Source: a virus
Lineage: Duplodnaviria; Caudoviricetes
IMG/VR virus record: IMGVR_UViG_3300028586_000054
Location: 1 to 34,545 of that record
Strand: one strand, 5' to 3'
Length of the DNA: 34,545 bases
The position numbers were made by a program, and so were the translations under genes. Within the stretch, counting starts at the first letter, position 1; each line of letters starts with the position of its first letter. This document shows positions 16,524-23,670 of this stretch, piece after piece. Under the pieces are notes generated by a model that was not told where the DNA came from, searched no databases, and was given only the letters and a program-made list of their open reading frames with translations.

Positions 16524-16803
16524 AACTGCGGGAATTACTCAGCGGCGGATGACGGACGGGGATTCGGGCATCAGGTACACAGCCAGGGGGGAACGCGCCG
16601 CGATGGTGAACACTGCACAACCCGTAGCCGTGGAAATGGGCGTTTTTATCGTTGCTGCCATAATCGGGATCGTGATGAAACTCCGTCCAGGTTTCGGGGT
16701 TTTCAATCTCCCGGCCATCGAGGCGACAGGCCACGCAACCGACGTCGCGAATACAGGCAGATATATACAGCCGTTCCGATTTTGTTGGCGTCCGACCGTT
16801 CAT
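16408..16803 (-). CDS. ref: Ref-family RecA-dependent HNH nuclease
   Basis: GRTPT..E, GCVACR.DG, EFHH, AHF..YGLC..HH and F...YG motifs. Confidence 0.75.
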   Translation of the reverse strand: MNGRTPTKSERLYISACIRDVGCVACRLDGREIENPETWTEFHHDPDYGSNDKNAHFHGYGLCSVHHRGAFPPGCVPDARIPVRHPPLSNSRSFADAYGDDALLCLYAWEQIPAAIKEEIGFDLTVDEIPE

Positions 16804-17027
16804 CTGCCTGCCCTGATTGAGTCATTAAAAATTTTTATCAGGTCAAACCAGCGCTTACGAGCCTCATCGTTTTTACGGAGTTCTCCCCGCGAGCTGATAC
16901 CGCACCAGCTCCGCACAAACGCGGCGGCGTCATCCTCGCCGGTTATTGGGGTAGGAGAGATTGTTGAGATAAACCGGATAAAAGCGGGAATCCGGCAAAG
17001 GCGAACAGATCCGAGAACTAAGCCCAT
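16800..17027 (-). CDS. Conserved phage hypothetical protein
   Basis: AAAFVRSWCGISSRGEL..N.EA motif; overlaps both neighbours. Confidence 0.65.
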   Translation of the reverse strand: MGLVLGSVRLCRIPAFIRFISTISPTPITGEDDAAAFVRSWCGISSRGELRKNDEARKRWFDLIKIFNDSIRAGR

Positions 17028-17476
17028 TGGATTGCCTCCGCTGGTTTACGGCTGCGTTTATTCTCGTTGAGCAACACACAGGAGAACGCCGACGCCGGAT
17101 CATGAAACTGACGACGTTTAGCGGCTGTTTCGAGCTGGTCAGGGTTTCCGGCAATAAAAATAAACCGGTCATTTATTTTGATTTCATTCCGCGTCAGGAG
17201 GCTGGGCAGGGAACCCGGCAGAATGCCGAACATCGCGCCACGGCGATGCAGGATGTTAAATTCATGAATATTTGAGACACCCAGCACGCATAGAACTGTG
17301 TCCGGGGGAACACCTGCGGCCAGCCAGTGCCGGAGAGCAACCAGCCGACCCGCACCGACCAGAGCATTAATGCGAAAACATTTAACCCGGTAATCGGGGG
17401 CAATTTGCTGACTCATTTTGGCGATCAATTTCGCCTGCTCAGCTACATGACAACCTAACAACGCCAAAACTTTCAT
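17018..17476 (-). CDS. First early gene; hypothetical, possibly a degenerate NMP-kinase-like fold
   Basis: Divergent from the repressor; no HTH visible. Confidence 0.6.
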   Translation of the reverse strand: MKVLALLGCHVAEQAKLIAKMSQQIAPDYRVKCFRINALVGAGRLVALRHWLAAGVPPDTVLCVLGVSNIHEFNILHRRGAMFGILPGSLPSLLTRNEIKINDRFIFIAGNPDQLETAAKRRQFHDPASAFSCVLLNENKRSRKPAEAIQWA

Positions 17477-17483
17477 GCAAAAA

Positions 17484-17597
17484 AATCCCGCTTTGTGTCA
17501 AAAACTTCAAAGTGGGATTTATTTAACCACGGTTAATAATTTACAGCTTGACTTGTGTCAATTGATTGCAAGCTGACGGCAGACAAACCACAGTTTG
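17484..17597. promoter_or_regulatory. Immunity/operator region with a duplicated bipartite motif
   Basis: TTGTGTCAA-N23/24-AACCACRGTT occurs twice, about 60 bp apart. Confidence 0.6.
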
Positions 17598-17662
17598 TTC
17601 ACGTATGATTTATAAATAAATTCGACATATAAAATAAATAAACTCAGGATATTCAATTACCT

Positions 17663-18304
17663 ATGAAAGACAATGATATTCCAATTAACAAAATTTTAGG
17701 ACGCCGCCTTCAGTCGATACGACAGGCCCAAAATCTCAAAGTGACAGAATTGGCGGAGCTATCGGGATTTTCCCGCTCATCAATTCAGAATTATGAGGCG
17801 GGAACCCGCCAGCCATCATTAGCCGTAATTATCAGGCTGGCAGATGCATTGGGATGTAATCCGGCATGGCTTGCAACGTTTACAGAGAGCGAAACCGGCG
17901 ACGATTTCTTAACTTATCATCTTGTTAATAAGTATCAACCCGGACAAGACCCGAATAAGGCAGACTCTGTTATGTACTCGGTTAACCGCATACAAACTGC
18001 GGGATGCCTGCCCTCTGACACCATGCTGATAAGTGCGGAGGATAATTTTTTATCGCCAGAGATTTACCGGGGCGATGAGGTATTGATCGACACGTCAAAA
18101 AACGTGGTCGTTGGGGTCGACATATACTGTTTTAGAGATCGGGGCGGGCGTTTATTACTGCGATACGCCCGCGAGGAATTGGGGCGGGCAGGTTATACGC
18201 TCTATGCAAATAACGATTCACACGTCCCTCACGTTTTTATAGGGGACGATGCCAGCTCAGTCGAAATCGTGGGGAGGGTTATCAATGTTACCCGCTGGCG
18301 CTAA
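17663..18304 (+). CDS. cI: CI-type repressor (XRE HTH plus S24-like domain without catalytic Ser/Lys)
   Basis: HTH ELAELSGFSRSSIQNYEAG; C-terminal GD.VLID and EIVGRV; GDSM is replaced by DNFL. Confidence 0.85.
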   Translation: MKDNDIPINKILGRRLQSIRQAQNLKVTELAELSGFSRSSIQNYEAGTRQPSLAVIIRLADALGCNPAWLATFTESETGDDFLTYHLVNKYQPGQDPNKADSVMYSVNRIQTAGCLPSDTMLISAEDNFLSPEIYRGDEVLIDTSKNVVVGVDIYCFRDRGGRLLLRYAREELGRAGYTLYANNDSHVPHVFIGDDASSVEIVGRVINVTRWR

Positions 18305-18311
18305 CAGGTGT

Positions 18312-18339
18312 AAAGAGCGGCCTCGGAGCCGCTCTTTTT
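18312..18339 (+). terminator. Terminator after cI
   Basis: AAAGAGCGGC-CTCGGA-GCCGCTCTTTTT. Confidence 0.75.
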
Positions 18340-18380
18340 AGTTATGGAGCGGGCTTTATTAACCAGCTTTAGGAAAAATA

Positions 18381-18791
18381 ATGAAAACAGACCTCATAAA
18401 AATTACCAACGAAATCGAAGCCCGCAACGATGCTACACGTTGTTTGATTAATGAGGCGTTGAGAACTGGTGACCTGGATAAAATTGACACAGTTACAACA
18501 CCAATAAACATACAACAAAAACGGATTGCAGATTTTGAGCGGAGCTGGTCCAGCTACGTTGCTCCGCAATATTCTATGGATCACAGCGCTGACGAGCAGA
18601 ACGCCCGCCAGGAAATGCCGGATCAACTCCGACTCATCCGGGACACAGCGCGGGAGATTGAGAGCCTGATAACAGCGATTTTAGAGGGTAGCAGCGAGTT
18701 TGAGCAGTTTATGAATAGCGCATACACAATCGCTAACTCTCAGGCGGATTACATCCGGGAGCTTCGCGACCTGATAGGCGACCTGTCATAA
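18381..18791 (+). CDS. Hypothetical alpha-helical protein
   Basis: SD AGGA before the ATG; lies between cI and parA. Confidence 0.65.
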   Translation: MKTDLIKITNEIEARNDATRCLINEALRTGDLDKIDTVTTPINIQQKRIADFERSWSSYVAPQYSMDHSADEQNARQEMPDQLRLIRDTAREIESLITAILEGSSEFEQFMNSAYTIANSQADYIRELRDLIGDLS

Positions 18792-18800
18792 CCCCCGACT

Positions 18801-18876
18801 TTAAATAAATATTTAAATAAATATTTATTACTCCCTCTCACTGTGATAATTTAAATAAATCGTTATTTAATTATCA
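18801..18876. promoter_or_regulatory. parA promoter/operator and candidate centromere (AT motif locus 6)
   Basis: TAAATAAATATTT twice, plus the palindrome TGATAAtTTAAATAA-atcg-TTATTTAATTATCA. Confidence 0.7.
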
Positions 18877-18893
18877 TTTGAGAGGGACTTTCT

Positions 18894-19562
18894 ATGACAG
18901 CATCAATAGCGTTTCTCAGCCCTAAAGGCGGGGTAACTAAATCAACATTAGCGCGGGCAACCGCCGTGGCGTTTGCTGCCAGTGATTGGGCGGTTTTTGC
19001 CGCCGACCTGGAGTTAGGACAGGGTACGTTTAGGAAATGGATGAAACGCCGCACAGAGGCGGGGATCACGCCAGTTTTCCCGGTACGGGCGTTTGCATCA
19101 ATCGGCCAGGCAGCGGGCGAGATTAAATCCGGTGAATGGGATTTAGTTGTCCTAGACTGTCCCGCGTTCGCGTCAGTCACCACCGTAGAGATCGCCCAGC
19201 TCGTTGATTTGGTCGTCCTGCCGACCCGTTACTCTACAGACGATCTGGAGAGCACCGCCGAAACTGCAAACTCTCTCGTATTAGAGGGTGTTGATCCGAA
19301 AAAAATCGCGATTGTGTTTTCAGGCGTTGCCGAGGCAAGGGGAACTCACGAACGTGAGGCGGACCGCATCGAGGCGGGAGATTATTTCTCGGAGCTGCCC
19401 TATCATGTAATCCCCGGCTACATTCCTCATCAGAAAGCGTTGAGCACTGCACAGGATGGCGGACGCTCTATTATTGAGTGCCACTATTCAGGACCGCGAC
19501 GGAAAGCGGAGAATGTTATACAGGCCATTATTTCGCGCTTTGAACAAGTGACGGAGGAGTAA
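18894..19562 (+). CDS. parA: ParA partition ATPase (short, type Ib-like)
   Basis: Deviant Walker A KGGVTKST, ADLE.GQ, Walker B VVLDCP; no N-terminal HTH. Confidence 0.9.
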   Translation: MTASIAFLSPKGGVTKSTLARATAVAFAASDWAVFAADLELGQGTFRKWMKRRTEAGITPVFPVRAFASIGQAAGEIKSGEWDLVVLDCPAFASVTTVEIAQLVDLVVLPTRYSTDDLESTAETANSLVLEGVDPKKIAIVFSGVAEARGTHEREADRIEAGDYFSELPYHVIPGYIPHQKALSTAQDGGRSIIECHYSGPRRKAENVIQAIISRFEQVTEE

Positions 19563-19567
19563 GCACA

Positions 19568-19861
19568 ATGACAGTTAAAATCACAGCCAAAAAGCCACGC
19601 CGAGCGCCGACGCTTGAACAATCAGCCACAGCACCACAGGCAACCAGCCGACCAGCTCGCGAGATTGCACCCGTAGCCGACGCCGACGAGAAACGTCCGG
19701 TCGGGCGTCCACCATCAGTCAAAGGCAAGGGCCGCCCGCTGAATTTCAACGTCGATCCCGAGTTCGCGACAGAATATAAAGCCTTTGCGGTCGCGAATAA
19801 CCTCACGATGCGTGAGCTGTTAGAAAATTCATTTGCTGAATATAAACGGCACCACGGTTAA
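19568..19861 (+). CDS. ParG/omega-like ribbon-helix-helix partition protein
   Basis: Disordered N-terminus, then PLNFNVDPEFATEYKAFA...TMRELL; directly after parA. Confidence 0.78.
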   Translation: MTVKITAKKPRRAPTLEQSATAPQATSRPAREIAPVADADEKRPVGRPPSVKGKGRPLNFNVDPEFATEYKAFAVANNLTMRELLENSFAEYKRHHG

Positions 19862-19879
19862 CGTGACCGGACACAAAGC

Positions 19880-19908
19880 AAAAGGCCCGCATTACGCGGG
19901 CCTTTTTT
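19880..19908. terminator. Bidirectional terminator
   Basis: AAAAGGCCCGC-ATTAC-GCGGGCCTTTTTT. Confidence 0.75.
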
Positions 19909-20161
19909 ATATCAGTCTGAAATCATCGTCAAACACATGGGCTGAACTGGCGACCCGGTCAGCAACGAGAGTGTATCGAATGCCCTCCGCCAGTGAGACA
20001 GGGCGTTCAAACTCCAGCATGAAATAATAATCATACGTGCGGCCAAACCAGTAGCCGCCGCCACTCTCCCGGCTACGCTGAAAAAAGACCCAGCCGCCAG
20101 GCTCATAGCTCTCCAACCGTTCGCCCCTGTAAACGACCTGATAATTGACGTCGCGCCCCAT
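19907..20161 (-). CDS. LexA-boxed small protein, candidate antirepressor
   Basis: Stand-alone gene between terminators, with a G-rich SD and a LexA box about 20 bp upstream. Confidence 0.72.
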   Translation of the reverse strand: MGRDVNYQVVYRGERLESYEPGGWVFFQRSRESGGGYWFGRTYDYYFMLEFERPVSLAEGIRYTLVADRVASSAHVFDDDFRLI

Positions 20162-20180
20162 AATCCCCCCCCTTTAAAAT

Positions 20181-20200
20181 TACTGTGTATTTAAACAGTA
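20181..20200. promoter_or_regulatory. LexA (SOS) box
   Basis: TACTGTGTATTTAAACAGTA matches TACTGT-N8-ACAGTA; minus-strand TTGACC lies 18 bp upstream of TACTGT. Confidence 0.9.
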
Positions 20201-20243
20201 TTATCAGAAGGAGAGAGCGGTCAAGCTCGAGAACGGCGGGCAT

Positions 20244-20270
20244 AAAAAAGCCCGCGAGTTAAGCGGGCTT
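20244..20270 (-). terminator. Terminator after the antitoxin gene
   Basis: Minus strand reads AAGCCCGC-TTAACTC-GCGGGCTTTTTT. Confidence 0.7.
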
Positions 20271-20276
20271 CTATGG

Positions 20277-20555
20277 TCAGAAATATATCGTTGCAGATTC
20301 AACCCCGCACGCCTTTGCGTAACGGGAGATTGTCTCGACGCTGGCTGTCGTGATGTTTTTTTCCATCCGGGACACGGTCGGAGGTTTAACGCCCATGCGG
20401 TCGGCAACCTGTGCGCTGGTCAGTCCAGCATGTTTCCGCCATTCCAGCAAGAGCGCCTGCAGACGCTCTTTTCGTTCTTCGGCTTCGTATACGGCGCGAT
20501 ATTCAGGATCGCGCATCATATCGTTATGGATCTCTTTATGTGTTTTGTATTTCAC
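20277..20555 (-). CDS. higA: HigA-like XRE antitoxin
   Basis: DPEYRAVYE and HTH LTSAQVADRMGVKPPTVSRME; downstream of the toxin. Confidence 0.82.
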   Translation of the reverse strand: MKYKTHKEIHNDMMRDPEYRAVYEAEERKERLQALLLEWRKHAGLTSAQVADRMGVKPPTVSRMEKNITTASVETISRYAKACGVESATIYF

Positions 20556-20865
20556 GTTTCATTTCCTCCAGTCGCTGCCAGGCTGTTTCAATCTCAGAGG
20601 GCGGGGTCTTAGGCGTCTTTTTAATGAAAATTCGCAACATGTAAATCTTTTGGCCCGCCTGATATACCCATAATCCCCGCGATATATCGCCCCCCATCGT
20701 CCTGACCTCGTACAACCCACCGCCCAGCGGTTTTGTGTGCGGCTCCCGTAACAGTCGGGGATCGGCCTCCAGTTTAGTGACTAACCTGTCGAACTTTACA
20801 CGGATGGCCACTGGCAAACTCTTTAACTCCGCTTCCGCTTCGTCGTGATAAATGACTTCAAACAA
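20536..20865 (-). CDS. higB: RelE/HigB-family toxin (Gp49-like)
   Basis: EPHTKPL..GLYEVR and FIKKTPKTP..EI..A motifs; toxin-first gene order. Confidence 0.85.
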   Translation of the reverse strand: MFEVIYHDEAEAELKSLPVAIRVKFDRLVTKLEADPRLLREPHTKPLGGGLYEVRTMGGDISRGLWVYQAGQKIYMLRIFIKKTPKTPPSEIETAWQRLEEMKREIQNT

Positions 20866-20891
20866 TTGGCGTCCCTCCCTGAAAAAGATAT

Positions 20892-20922
20892 TAGCTCAAA
20901 GGCTATCTTAGCGCAAGAGCTA
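20892..20922. promoter_or_regulatory. Tandem antitoxin operators
   Basis: TAGC-N6-GCTA occurs twice (20892-20905, 20909-20922) upstream of the toxin. Confidence 0.65.
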
Positions 20923-20943
20923 ATATTTATTGGAAACGCCATT

Positions 20944-20971
20944 ATTTAACATATTGTATCTAACACGAACC
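20944..20971 (-). other. XerC/XerD recombination site (psi/dif-like)
   Basis: GGTTCGTGTTA-GATACA-ATATGTTAAAT. The XerD arm matches dif at 10/11 and the XerC arm at 7/11; the spacer is 6 bp. Confidence 0.75.
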
Positions 20972-21094
20972 GCACGACCGGAACTCACAGCAAAAACGCT
21001 ACTAAATCGACATTTAGCATAGTTTGCTGTCGCAAATTGCATAGTTTGTAGTGTTGCTAATTTGTTAACAGGGGTCTGATAGTCGCTTGCCCGT

Positions 21095-21121
21095 AAAAAA
21101 GGGCCAAAAGGCCCATTTTTT
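21095..21121. terminator. Bidirectional terminator
   Basis: AAAAAAGGGCC-AAAA-GGCCCATTTTTT. Confidence 0.6.
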
Positions 21122-21142
21122 GCACTTTAATGATTTGCGCTT

Positions 21143-21643
21143 TTATCTGGCATCGTCAAAGGGAATAACTTTGCATTTAATCGGGTTGCTCGATTTTTTA
21201 CCCTTCAGGCCAGCCGCCACGGTCGCGGACCCATTTTTCAACACAGAGATATAAAACGTCCCATTAGGCTGATCGAACTGGAGATCAATCCCCAATAGTG
21301 GCCCGTCGAAATCGTCGCCTGTATTCTGTACAGTGAAAATCAGAGGGCCATCAGGCTGATCAACTGGTTTTTTAATCATCAAAACGCCGCGTTGTTTTGA
21401 CTGCCCGGCCAGACTGTAATCTGCGTGCGAAATCAGGATCGCACCAGTAAAAGGGTTGATATTCGATCCCGGTACAGGACAGGTTATTCCAACGCTGGCG
21501 ACCTCATCCTCTCCACCCATTGCATTTTTATCAACAGTGTTCACGAAATGCGTTGCGATCTGTTTAGCGCTTTGTTGTTTTGCTATTGCTGCAGGCGTTA
21601 CTACTGCGACCAATACAGCCAGCGCGATGATTGGTTTTTTCAT
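21143..21643 (-). CDS. Exported protein of unknown function
   Basis: Sec signal peptide MKKPIIALAVLVAVVTPAAIA; two Cys; AAGGA SD. Confidence 0.75.
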   Translation of the reverse strand: MKKPIIALAVLVAVVTPAAIAKQQSAKQIATHFVNTVDKNAMGGEDEVASVGITCPVPGSNINPFTGAILISHADYSLAGQSKQRGVLMIKKPVDQPDGPLIFTVQNTGDDFDGPLLGIDLQFDQPNGTFYISVLKNGSATVAAGLKGKKSSNPIKCKVIPFDDAR

Positions 21644-21658
21644 TTCGACATTCCTTGT

Positions 21659-21685
21659 TTAAATAATTAAATATTTATTTAAATA
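21659..21685. repeat. Dispersed AT-only motif, locus 7
   Basis: TTAAATAATTAAATATTTATTTAAATA. Confidence 0.75.
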
Positions 21686-21957
21686 CGATTATTGCATTGC
21701 CCGACAGCATTTACCGTCGCGTTATGTACTTCAAACCGTGCAATCCCACTCGACCGGCAAAACTCAGCCAGGCGATCAAGGCTCGACCACTCCCGAACGC
21801 CGCCCCGCGCTTTCTGAACAAACACAGCATCATTACCGGCTACGCCGAATAGCGCCCAGCGGCCAGAATCCAGATCGAGCGTTGCGACAATGCGGGCAAA
21901 TGCGCCGACGTGCGCAAATGCGGTAAACGTTTTACGCGGTTTTTCTGTCATCCTCAT
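21679..21957 (-). CDS. Small plasmid-backbone-type protein
   Basis: RGGVREWSSLDRL...GI.RFEV resembles small proteins found near plasmid rep/par loci; GGAGG SD. Confidence 0.6.
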   Translation of the reverse strand: MRMTEKPRKTFTAFAHVGAFARIVATLDLDSGRWALFGVAGNDAVFVQKARGGVREWSSLDRLAEFCRSSGIARFEVHNATVNAVGQCNNRI

Positions 21958-22379
21958 GATCCAACCTCCGACAAACTAGTCATTTTGTGACTACAAAACA
22001 CTCAATTTGCATTTTAACGGCCACAAATCGTGAGTCGTTGATCGGGGTCATCAATACCGCGTTAGCTGTTTTGGTTATCAGTCTCCTGTAATTCGCTGTG
22101 CGGGGTTGTCGTGTCATGCCTGCACAATTTGTCGGCCTGTCGATTTTAGCGGCTCTGTGAGCCTGTCAGGCGCTTCTGTTGCATCAAATCGTCAGACGTT
22201 CGATCCCTTCCCTGCCTGACCGGGTTTTTTGGGCATTTCAGGCGGTGATTAAGCTGATTTCGGAAAGTGCCTTTCCGATGAGGTTTTACGGCAAGCGCCA
22301 TGCTCCCGCCTACAGGCGGGAGAGCTATAAAAGAGCGTAGCGATAAACCGAACCGGCGCAACGCATAGCGTTGCAGCAA

Positions 22380-22528
22380 GGGCGGACATTCTCCACAGCC
22401 CACAGGGCGAACAGGTTTAATATTTTTAAAAGAAACTTTCTTTAAAGAATTTTAAAGACTTCCCCCGTTTAATTTAAAAGGTCGATTTCACCTTATGATA
22501 AGGGTCGGAGTCGCTTAAATGTGTATAA
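22380..22528 (-). other. oriR-like replication origin
   Basis: About 170 bp downstream of repA. Perfect DnaA box TTATACACA (22520-22528), then TTTAA, CATAAGGT and repeated TTTAAA tracts, as in R1/R100 oriR. Confidence 0.8.
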
Positions 22529-22701
22529 CTCAGGATCAGCCGCTGACAAGGTCTATCCCGGCAACAGTGATGCCCGAAATCGGGTGAAGTTCGGAGATGG
22601 CCATCGAGCGCAAACTCGCAATCGTGCATAATTTGAACAGAAATTTAATGCAGGCGTGTGAAATCCTCCGGCGCCTGCCGGATTAATTACCATAGAGGGG
22701 A

Positions 22702-23538
22702 TTAGGTGACAGCGAGGCGGGTAGAGAGTTTGCGGGTCGTCATGCGTTGATTGGTAAGCCGCTCAATCTCTGATTTCATAGCGTGGTGAGTATCAAACGA
22801 CAGAATGCCGCGACGGATTTTGTCCATTATGGCCGCGTAAACCAGCCTGCGAACCTCTGCACGGGTGCGCTCCTGATCCTGTGCGCGTTGGTGACGAAGC
22901 TCGCCCGCGCGTTTTCTTCGGGTGTGTAGCGTGGTGAAGTGATCACGCCAGCTCTTAATTTTTTGCATCGCCAGATCGGCCAGTGACAGACGGGGGAGCT
23001 GCTTTTTCTCACGTTGCTGGTTTTCGTAGGCATAGCGGGCGCGACGTTCTGACTCCACGCGCTCTGGCTCAACATCAGCAATCATCCGCCAAAAACGATC
23101 AGTGAACGTAAACGCGACTGTTTCATAACATCCGAGGTCGTCCCGGTAGAGCGTTGGAAATCGAGAAATCAATCCTAACCGCTCCATTAACGCGAGGTGA
23201 CGGCGAACGCGCCCTATCGACATTTTGTTATTTTTCTCTGTCCCGAGGCCACAGCGTACAGCAATATTGTGAGCACTGGTAAACACGCGGTCGGCGACCA
23301 GGTCATAGTGGTAGAGGGCGGCTTGTGTGAGGCATTCCAGAACACGGACGCTGTTGTCAGAAGGGCGACGTTTAATCGTATCCTCACGGCGAGCCAGGGC
23401 GACAACCAGATCAAAGCCGTGCAGGCTGTACGCGCCAGCGGAGCTTTTCATCAGCCTGCCTATGAATGGCAAAGCCGGGGCGGACTTAGGTTTAAAGATC
23501 GGGTTAGGATTCCTAACCGCGTTAAGGGCAAAATTCAT
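22702..23538 (-). CDS. repA: IncFII-family replication initiator RepA
   Basis: VRNPNPIF, YHYDLVADRV, CGLGTE, SIGR, LGLI, GCY and ENQQR align by eye with R1/R100 RepA. Confidence 0.9.
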   Translation of the reverse strand: MNFALNAVRNPNPIFKPKSAPALPFIGRLMKSSAGAYSLHGFDLVVALARREDTIKRRPSDNSVRVLECLTQAALYHYDLVADRVFTSAHNIAVRCGLGTEKNNKMSIGRVRRHLALMERLGLISRFPTLYRDDLGCYETVAFTFTDRFWRMIADVEPERVESERRARYAYENQQREKKQLPRLSLADLAMQKIKSWRDHFTTLHTRRKRAGELRHQRAQDQERTRAEVRRLVYAAIMDKIRRGILSFDTHHAMKSEIERLTNQRMTTRKLSTRLAVT

Positions 23539-23561
23539 TTCCGTTTTCCGCTTGCTAACGC

Positions 23562-23590
23562 TTGCAGAATCAGATCACCCCTTATACAAT
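23562..23590 (+). promoter_or_regulatory. Antisense promoter in the repA leader
   Basis: TTGCAG-17 bp-TACAAT. Confidence 0.75.
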
Positions 23591-23596
23591 CTCTCT

Positions 23597-23670
23597 TGCG
23601 ACGGATTCGATTGCTTTTTTCGGGTAATCTAATTCCAGTGATAACCCCGCTTCGGCGGGGTTTTTACTTT
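23597..23670 (+). ncRNA. CopA/Inc-like antisense copy-control RNA (about 70-75 nt)
   Basis: Bounded by the promoter above and the terminator AACCCCGC-TTCG-GCGGGGTTTTT; complementary to the repA leader. Confidence 0.7.

Noticed and set aside
18915-18950. ParA Walker A variant KGGVTKST as an inactivating change
   Set aside because: Both lysines are retained, and a single substitution here is not enough to call the protein inactive.
3830-21685. AT-rich repeats as a CRISPR array or iterons
   Set aside because: They are dispersed, have no repeat-spacer periodicity, are not at the origin, and no cas genes are present.
22146-22403. 85-aa ORF downstream of the origin (RepA4-like?)
   Set aside because: It overlaps the origin and hairpin-rich DNA, and I see no convincing SD or motif.
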